Below, piece by piece: positions 58,721 through 64,000 of a stretch of DNA of 64,000 bases. Numbering within the stretch: the first letter of the stretch is position 1; every line of letters begins with the position of its first letter. Position numbers and translations under genes: made by a program. The stretch is from the NCBI GenBank assembly GCA_048417135.1, contig DBFSDV010000002.1:9883-73882 (forward strand), read 5' to 3'. The notes beneath the pieces were generated by a model, which did not search any database, was not told where the DNA came from, and was given only the letters and a program-made list of their open reading frames with translations. The DNA is from Candidatus Limivicinus sp. (GTDB lineage: Bacteria > Bacillota > Clostridia > Oscillospirales > Oscillospiraceae).

Positions 58721-60385
58721 ATGAGTCCAAGGCCGGAAAAAAGCAGGCATGAGGCTGTAAAAAAGAAACCGGAGAACCCGGTAAGCATGCTTCCCAACAG
58801 CAATACAATGATCGTCATCCGGCTGGTGATCGCATCGGTTATTTTTGCTGTCTCACTTATCGTAAATATGCCGGAGTTCCTCAGCATCATCCTCCTGGTA
58901 CTTGCCGCGGCCGCCGCAGGCTATGACATAGTCCTGCAGGCCATGAGCTCCATAGAAGAAGGGGACTACTTTTCGGTCCCCGTGGTGGTAGTGTTCATTG
59001 CCCTGTTGTCCTACTTCATCGGCTTTGCCATTGAGGGCGCCGCTCTGATACTCCTTTACCAGATAGGGCTCATGCTTATAAACTACGCCGCGGACCACAC
59101 CAAAAAGGCGGCGCTGGAGCTGCTGAACTATCAGGACGAAGGCTTGAAAAACCATATGGCCGAGCTGGTGAATGACAAGGCAGCCACGGCTATGTCCATA
59201 GAATCCGTGATGAAGAGCAGCTCCGGCTCGGTGCTGAAGCTGGCCATGATCCTCTCGGTCATCTATGCAATAGCTCTGCCCCTCTTCACAAACTATACCT
59301 ATATCGTCTCCATCCACCGGGCCCTCACCATCATCCTCATAGCCACACCCATGTCCGTGGCCGTGTCCATACCTCTGGCCGCCACCGTGGGCATGTGCTA
59401 CAGCGCCCAGCAGGGCGTGGTGATAGAGAAGGCCTCCAGCCTGGAAGCCATGGCCGATTCCACCGTGGCCATCTTCGACAAGGGCGGCATCTTTGCCGAC
59501 GAGTGCCCCAGAATAATTGCCATGTATTCCGATATCCTGGACTCCGCCACCTTTATGAATTTTGTGGCTCATGCGGTGTATTATTCCGACCAGCCCATTG
59601 CAAAGGCTGTGTCTGCCGCCTTTGACCAGGACTATAAGCTGGATGTCATCTCCGACTTCCGGGATATCCCCGGCTACGGCATGGAGCTGAATATCGACGG
59701 CATACCGGTCTCCTTCGGCACCCGGGAGCTGTATTCCAGCAGGGAAGTGGAGCTGCCCGACGACAATGCCGCCATAGGCCAGGCCTATTATATGGTGGTG
59801 GCCAACAAGTATGTGGGCAAGGTTGTGGTGTCCTCCGACGTGAATGAGGAGACCGAAAACCTCATCCCCGAGATGAAGGCGGTGGGCATAAACCGCTGCA
59901 TCCTCCTCACGGAGGACAGTAAGGAAGTGGGCCAGCAGTTTGCCGAGCTCATGAACTTCAATGAGATGTATGCCCAGTGCGACACGGAGAAGAAGCTCAG
60001 CATAATTAGCGAGATCGCCAAGAGGGAAAAGGGCGCAGTCATCTTCGTGTATTCCAGCGGTATTGAGGCCCATTCCGAGGCCGCCGTGGATATCAGAGTG
60101 GGCAGCAAGGGCAAATATGCCGACGCTATAGTCGACCCGGCCTATATAAACAACCTGCCCTTTGCAAGACAGGTGGCCGTCAGAGTGAAGGATATAGCGG
60201 TGGAGAACGCCCTGTTCGCCTTCGTGGTCAAGGCACTGCTGGTGTTCCTCAGCATCGTGGGCTACTGCAACCTGTGGTTTGCCATATTTATAGATATGGT
60301 GGCCGCCGTTGCGACTATCCTGAATACCATTCGGGTGACCAACGAATCCCTGATAAGCACCCTGCGCTATAAGATGGGCCGATGA
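58721..60385 (+). CDS. P1B-type (Cd/Zn-like) P-type ATPase homologue lacking the actuator domain and with all catalytic motifs degenerate
   Basis: 554 aa. Its TM topology and length-wise similarity match CadA-like pumps. However, CPx reads ATPMS, DKTGT reads DKGGI, HP reads QP, TGD reads TED, GDGxND reads SSGIEA, and there is no TGES region. Confidence 0.7.
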   Translation: MSPRPEKSRHEAVKKKPENPVSMLPNSNTMIVIRLVIASVIFAVSLIVNMPEFLSIILLVLAAAAAGYDIVLQAMSSIEEGDYFSVPVVVVFIALLSYFIGFAIEGAALILLYQIGLMLINYAADHTKKAALELLNYQDEGLKNHMAELVNDKAATAMSIESVMKSSSGSVLKLAMILSVIYAIALPLFTNYTYIVSIHRALTIILIATPMSVAVSIPLAATVGMCYSAQQGVVIEKASSLEAMADSTVAIFDKGGIFADECPRIIAMYSDILDSATFMNFVAHAVYYSDQPIAKAVSAAFDQDYKLDVISDFRDIPGYGMELNIDGIPVSFGTRELYSSREVELPDDNAAIGQAYYMVVANKYVGKVVVSSDVNEETENLIPEMKAVGINRCILLTEDSKEVGQQFAELMNFNEMYAQCDTEKKLSIISEIAKREKGAVIFVYSSGIEAHSEAAVDIRVGSKGKYADAIVDPAYINNLPFARQVAVRVKDIAVENALFAFVVKALLVFLSIVGYCNLWFAIFIDMVAAVATILNTIRVTNESLISTLRYKMGR

Positions 60386-60400
60386 GTTCCCAAAAGAGTT

Positions 60401-60446
60401 AAAGCTCCAACAGTCCGGCTGTATGCCGTGGCTGCTGGAGCTTTTT
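60401..60446 (+). terminator. Rho-independent terminator after the ATPase-like gene
   Basis: Stem AAAGCTCCAACAG/CTGCTGGAGCTTT followed by TT. Confidence 0.65.
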
Positions 60447-60676
60447 CCTGCCTGCTGCCTTAAATCTTAAGACGCAAGGGGAGGGGAGGCTGGGCATAAG
60501 CGGCCCTCATGCGTGCCGGGAAGAAAATTAAGACTCTGCATGGTGACCTGAACTGCCCGCATTGCCCGCCCCCGTTGCATAGAGCGGCTTACACAGATTA
60601 TGAGCACACGGCCCGGGCAGCCGGCGTCGTGTCCCGATGTTCATGAAAGCTGCTGAAAAACAATTTCTCATGGATG

Positions 60677-60731
60677 AAATTATGTAAGCTATTGCCGGCG
60701 GCTGTGTGTTCTTAAAAAAATTATGTAAATT
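60677..60731 (+). repeat. two direct copies of AAATTATGTAA (60677-60687, 60718-60728) resembling the XerD arm of dif
   Basis: Read directly. TTATGTAAGCT and TTATGTAAATT each match 10/11 to TTATGTAAACT, the B. subtilis dif right arm as I recall it. The second copy ends 5 nt before the recombinase -35. Confidence 0.45.
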
Positions 60732-60736
60732 AAAAC

Positions 60737-60765
60737 TTGACAAGGCAAGCCGCTTAACTTATAAT
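60737..60765 (+). promoter_or_regulatory. perfect consensus sigma-A promoter (TTGACA-17-TATAAT) for the recombinase gene
   Basis: Hexamers at 60737-60742 and 60760-60765, followed by a ~105-nt leader with two hairpins (AGGGGG/CCCCCT and AAGTTCG/CGAACTT). Confidence 0.6.
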
Positions 60766-60875
60766 TACCTCAGCAGGGGGCAAGGAAATCCCCCTTATAT
60801 ATCTCCCCAGCGAAGTTCGCATAATATAAATTAAACGAACTTAGAACCATAAAATAATGAGGAGCGGTTTACATA

Positions 60876-61880
60876 ATGAATCTTGACCAGATAAACGACG
60901 CACCGGATATACTTATGGAGTTTTTGGAGTACCACTCCACTGTCCGGGGACATTCGGATAAAACTGTGGCCGGATATTATTTGGACCTAAAGATCCTGTT
61001 CCGTTTTATCAAGCGGCGCAGACATCTGGTGCCGGCGGAAACTCCTTTCAATGAAATAGACATAAGCGACGTGGACATCGACTTTATCAAGTCCATCCGC
61101 ATTGAGGAGCTCTACAGGTATCAATCCTTCTCGCCGGAGATGAGCAATTCCAATCGTTCCCTTTCGGCAGCCAGCCGCTGCCGCCGTACTTCCTCCGTCA
61201 AGTCCTTTTACAATTATCTCACTGTGAAGCGCCACCTGCTGGACTTTAACATTTGTCAAGAACTTGACATGCCCAAGCGGCCCAATCTGCTGCCCAGGTA
61301 TTTGGAAGAGTCGGAGTGCGAGCGGCTGCTCTCGGTGTGCGACGGGCCCTTTGCCCTGCGGGACTACTGTATTCTCATGCTCTTCATGTCCTGCGGCATG
61401 CGGGTCTCGGAGCTGGTATCCCTGAACGTCTCGGACATCTACGACGACCATCTGAGAGTCGTGGGCAAAGGCAATAAAGAGCGCATTATATTTTTTGCCC
61501 AGGGCTGCCGGGAGGCAATCGACGATTACCTGGCCGTCCGGGACCCGGAGAACATCATCCCCCAGGACAGAAACGCCCTTTTTATCAGCCGGGACCACCG
61601 GCGCATAAGCGTCCGGGGCGTGCAGAAGATGCTGGATAAGAAGCTCCTCCAGGCCGGGCTGGATACAAGCCGCTATTCGCCCCATAAGCTACGCCATACC
61701 GCAGCCACTTTGATGCTTAAAAACGGCGTGGATACCAGAGCTTTACAGGAAGTTCTGGGCCACAGCAATCTGAACACCACCCAGATATACACCCATCTGG
61801 ACAATGCCGCCCTCCACGAGGCTGCCATGGCCAACCCCATCGGACGCAAGACAAAGGCCGACATTGAGGAGGACAGCTGA
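60876..61880 (+). CDS. tyrosine recombinase, XerC/XerD-like
   Basis: 334 aa with a SAM-like N-domain (..HSDKTVAGYYLDLKILFRF) and catalytic residues R (GMRVSEL), HKLRHTAAT, LGHSNLNTTQIYTH. Confidence 0.85.
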   Translation: MNLDQINDAPDILMEFLEYHSTVRGHSDKTVAGYYLDLKILFRFIKRRRHLVPAETPFNEIDISDVDIDFIKSIRIEELYRYQSFSPEMSNSNRSLSAASRCRRTSSVKSFYNYLTVKRHLLDFNICQELDMPKRPNLLPRYLEESECERLLSVCDGPFALRDYCILMLFMSCGMRVSELVSLNVSDIYDDHLRVVGKGNKERIIFFAQGCREAIDDYLAVRDPENIIPQDRNALFISRDHRRISVRGVQKMLDKKLLQAGLDTSRYSPHKLRHTAATLMLKNGVDTRALQEVLGHSNLNTTQIYTHLDNAALHEAAMANPIGRKTKADIEEDS

Positions 61881-61932
61881 TATATACAATATATTTGCTG
61901 TAGTGTTTGTTATTTTTGCCCAAATAAATTGT

Positions 61933-61980
61933 CCGGGACCGGAGATTTTTGAACTGAAGCTCCGTCCCGGAAATTTTTTA
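61933..61980 (+). terminator. terminator after the recombinase gene
   Basis: Imperfect stem CCGGGACCGGAG/CTCCGTCCCGG followed by AAATTTTTT. Confidence 0.5.
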
Positions 61981-62000
61981 TGGAAAAATGGAAAGTGTAC

Positions 62001-62028
62001 TTGACATATTGGAATCATATGCTATAAT
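62001..62028 (+). promoter_or_regulatory. sigma-A promoter (TTGACA-16-TATAAT, TGn-extended) for the XRE operon
   Basis: Hexamers at 62001-62006 and 62023-62028. Confidence 0.55.
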
Positions 62029-62067
62029 AAAACCATGTAAAGCAAACTTTCCATCTGGGGGATTCAA

Positions 62068-62268
62068 ATGAAAAACCGTTTGGAAGAGCTGCGCAAGCAG
62101 CGGGGAATAAAGCAGGAGGAGCTGGCCGCCGCCCTGGAGGTGTCCCGTCAGACTATAGGTTCTCTGGAAAACGGCCGCTATAATCCCTCCATACTCCTGG
62201 CCTTCAAGATCGCCCGATATTTTGACATGAGCATAGAAGAGATATTTATATATGAGGAGAAAGCATAA
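62068..62268 (+). CDS. XRE-family (HTH_3) small transcriptional regulator
   Basis: 66 aa, LRKQRGIKQEELAAALEVSRQTIGSLENGRYNPSILLAFKIARYFDMSIEEIF. Confidence 0.9.
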   Translation: MKNRLEELRKQRGIKQEELAAALEVSRQTIGSLENGRYNPSILLAFKIARYFDMSIEEIFIYEEKA

Positions 62269-62690
62269 TGAAAAGTAAAAAGCCATTTTTGATAGATATT
62301 TTCCTTGGAATCGTCTTTTTTGCTTCCAGCTTCTTTCTGAAAGACGAGTATTATTCAGCCATGCTCCTGGCCGGAGGCGTGGGCTTGGTGGCAGCTTCTC
62401 TTGTCAGTATACTGCGGATGTCATATTGGGAAAGCCCAAAGCACCGGGAAGAATATGAGCTTAGAAAGCGGGAGGCCCACATCAACTCCGTGGACGAGAG
62501 AAAGCAGTATCTGAGAATGAAATCGGGGCATATCAGCTATCAACTAATGTGCCTTGTCCTGTTTGTGCTCGCCTTTGCCTTGGCTCTGTTCAAGGCTCCG
62601 GCCTGGGTGATAGCAATGGTTTTTCTGCTTTCCGTTGGCCAATACCTGTTGGGTATTGCAGTATTCCATTGGTTGGAGAAAAGGCTGTGA
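62268..62690 (+). CDS. hypothetical 4-TM membrane protein (DUF2178-like architecture)
   Basis: 140 aa. Its ATG overlaps the XRE stop (TAATG). It has 2 TM, a charged linker containing DER, then 2 TM. Confidence 0.6.
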   Translation: MKSKKPFLIDIFLGIVFFASSFFLKDEYYSAMLLAGGVGLVAASLVSILRMSYWESPKHREEYELRKREAHINSVDERKQYLRMKSGHISYQLMCLVLFVLAFALALFKAPAWVIAMVFLLSVGQYLLGIAVFHWLEKRL

Positions 62691-62724
62691 CTCTGCCAGG
62701 ACCTGATATTATAGGGGGTTAATT

Positions 62725-63141
62725 ATGAAAAAAACACTTGCAAATCTTAGCATAGCTGCAGGCCTTATAATTCTTATGGGTGGCTTGCTCAGTTACGGCC
62801 TGGGGATAAATAATATAATTCCTGTGCCTCGTCCCGACCTGATAGTGTCCGGAACTACGCTGATAGGGATTATCTTCATTGTCTCAGGTGCCTGCGATTT
62901 GTTCGTAAAAAAGACCAGAGAAATGGAAATCGAGGAAAAGGACGAGAGGAACATAGCTCTCAGTAATGCGGCTATGGCCAGCGGCTTTAAGGTGCTGAAC
63001 GTGTCTATTTCCGTCTCCCTCTTTGCCCTGATTTTTACCGGCTATATGTCGGCAGTACCCTGCTTTACGATTATTGGCGCCTTTGCGGTGGGCCAGCTGG
63101 CTTTTATTATAAAGCTCTGGCGTCTCCAGAAAACCATGTGA
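62725..63141 (+). CDS. hypothetical 4-TM membrane protein, paralogous architecture to the preceding gene
   Basis: 138 aa with 2 TM, a charged linker (EIEEKDERNIAL), then 2 TM. Confidence 0.6.
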   Translation: MKKTLANLSIAAGLIILMGGLLSYGLGINNIIPVPRPDLIVSGTTLIGIIFIVSGACDLFVKKTREMEIEEKDERNIALSNAAMASGFKVLNVSISVSLFALIFTGYMSAVPCFTIIGAFAVGQLAFIIKLWRLQKTM

Positions 63142-63173
63142 CGCAGGCAAAAACAACATCTATAAATCAATGG

Positions 63174-63211
63174 AAAAACCGTTTCGCCCTGTTAAAGCGA
63201 AACGGTTTTTT
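63174..63211. terminator. bidirectional terminator
   Basis: AAAAACCGTTTCGC ... GCGAAACGGTTTTT. It overlaps the 3' end of the minus-strand gene. Confidence 0.7.
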
Positions 63212-63959
63212 CGGTAATGGGCAGGCCGGAGCCAATGTCAAATACCGGGGCATCAGTGAGATACAGGGGCTCAACTCTGCGCCTGTCCAGGAAAGAGAGT
63301 ATCTCTCCCCTGTCCGGGTGTTCATCCAGGCGGCCGGTAAAAGCCAGAGTATCACTGCTGATTTTAAAGGCGGCGCCGCCGATGAAGCCCCAGTCAAAGC
63401 CCTCCAGGAAAACGCCTTCCGGAGAAATCAGCAGCACCTCCAGCCCGGCCCTTTTCGCTGCAGCGGCTATTCCCCTGTCGGCGGTTATTATTGCTCCCCT
63501 GTCAACCACGCAGACGGCGCATTTGCTGTAGCCCTGCCGGCACGCTACTGGCTCCAATCCCCGGGGATTTGTTAAATATTCGGCAATATCCCGGGCTCCG
63601 GTGCGGGGGTTATATATCAGCTTGTCCCCGCATATGCACATATTCAACTGGGCGTCTCCGGGATAAGCAGGCCGCTGCACAATATCGGGATAGAAGAGCC
63701 GAAAGCCCATCCCCTCCAGGGCTTTGGAGAAGCCGCTGCCTTTCAGATACGGGGCCAGCCATAGCTTCTCCCCTCCTCCGTGGAATACCGACAGGTCGGC
63801 ATGACCTGAGAGCCTGATATCCACATTCGGATTATTCGATACTAAAACAACATTAATTCCCAGCTTTTCCAGGGACGGAGTGAGGATTCTTGAATATTTC
63901 TCCCCAATGATCAGGGACCCGACCTGCCGGGGCAGGTTTGCCCACTCAACTGCGTTCAC
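63192..63959 (-). CDS. hypothetical conserved-looking cytoplasmic protein (function unknown)
   Basis: 255 aa with a GTG start, GC-rich codon usage like the core genes, and no TM. I recognised no family with confidence. Confidence 0.55.
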   Translation of the reverse strand: MNAVEWANLPRQVGSLIIGEKYSRILTPSLEKLGINVVLVSNNPNVDIRLSGHADLSVFHGGGEKLWLAPYLKGSGFSKALEGMGFRLFYPDIVQRPAYPGDAQLNMCICGDKLIYNPRTGARDIAEYLTNPRGLEPVACRQGYSKCAVCVVDRGAIITADRGIAAAAKRAGLEVLLISPEGVFLEGFDWGFIGGAAFKISSDTLAFTGRLDEHPDRGEILSFLDRRRVEPLYLTDAPVFDIGSGLPITEKTVSL

Positions 63960-63964
63960 GTTTT

Positions 63965-64000
63965 TTACCCAATACTGCGGCCATGGCCTCGCCCACTGAT
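63965..64000 (-). CDS. 3' end of an upstream minus-strand gene (partial)
   Basis: The open frame runs from the window edge to TAA (reverse complement of 63965-67), giving ...ISGRGHGRSIG*. It is too short to identify. Confidence 0.3.
   Translation of the reverse strand: MSGRGHGRSIG

Noticed and set aside
60528-60743. A 71-aa minus-strand ORF in the spacer upstream of the recombinase.
   Set aside because: It has no SD or promoter and no recognisable motif. It runs antisense through the recombinase promoter region and is most likely non-coding.

Overview
This is a 64-kb chromosomal segment from a GC-rich, endospore-forming Clostridia-type Firmicute. The codon usage is GC-rich but uses ATA-Ile heavily, which looks Oscillospiraceae/Ruminococcaceae-like. 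I cannot name the species without a database search. I support about 60 CDS, one tRNA-Thr(CGU), the RNase P RNA (rnpB, minus strand, hidden under spurious ORFs), and many consensus sigma-A promoters and hairpin terminators. Most of the window is housekeeping: MoxR-DUF58-transglutaminase, uvrB, polA, rimI-tsaD, radC, uvrA, recD2-comFC, mreB, ispDF, and cdaA-cdaR. A block yicC-remA-gmk-rpoZ-priA-def-fmt-rsmB-rlmN-stp-prkC-rsgA-spoVM is syntenic with the B. subtilis yloC..spoVM region. It is followed by yebC, murD-like, yunB, ligA, cotJ, pfp and fba. Accessory or atypical stretches are: (i) ~49.1-56.3 kb, holding mgtC, LysR, a visibly AT-richer ECF sigma/anti-sigma pair, a papain-fold peptidase and an orphan AAA+(NorQ/CbbQ-type)/vWA pair; (ii) 58.7-60.4 kb, a P1B-type ATPase homologue with every catalytic signature degenerate; (iii) 60.4-63.2 kb, a tyrosine recombinase with dif-arm-like repeats, then an XRE regulator and two paralogous 4-TM proteins. 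I saw no CRISPR array, transposase, prophage or rRNA. The best candidates for something undescribed are the orphan AAA+/vWA(+peptidase) module, the pseudo-P-type ATPase co-transcribed with fba, and an unannotatable 22-aa SpoVM micro-ORF next to a SipL-like LysM protein. A MurD paralogue with a changed D-Glu pocket coupled to a YnbB-family PLP enzyme is also a candidate. All family calls rest on motifs I recognised by eye. No BLAST, HMM or covariance search was run, and start codons may be off by a few codons.
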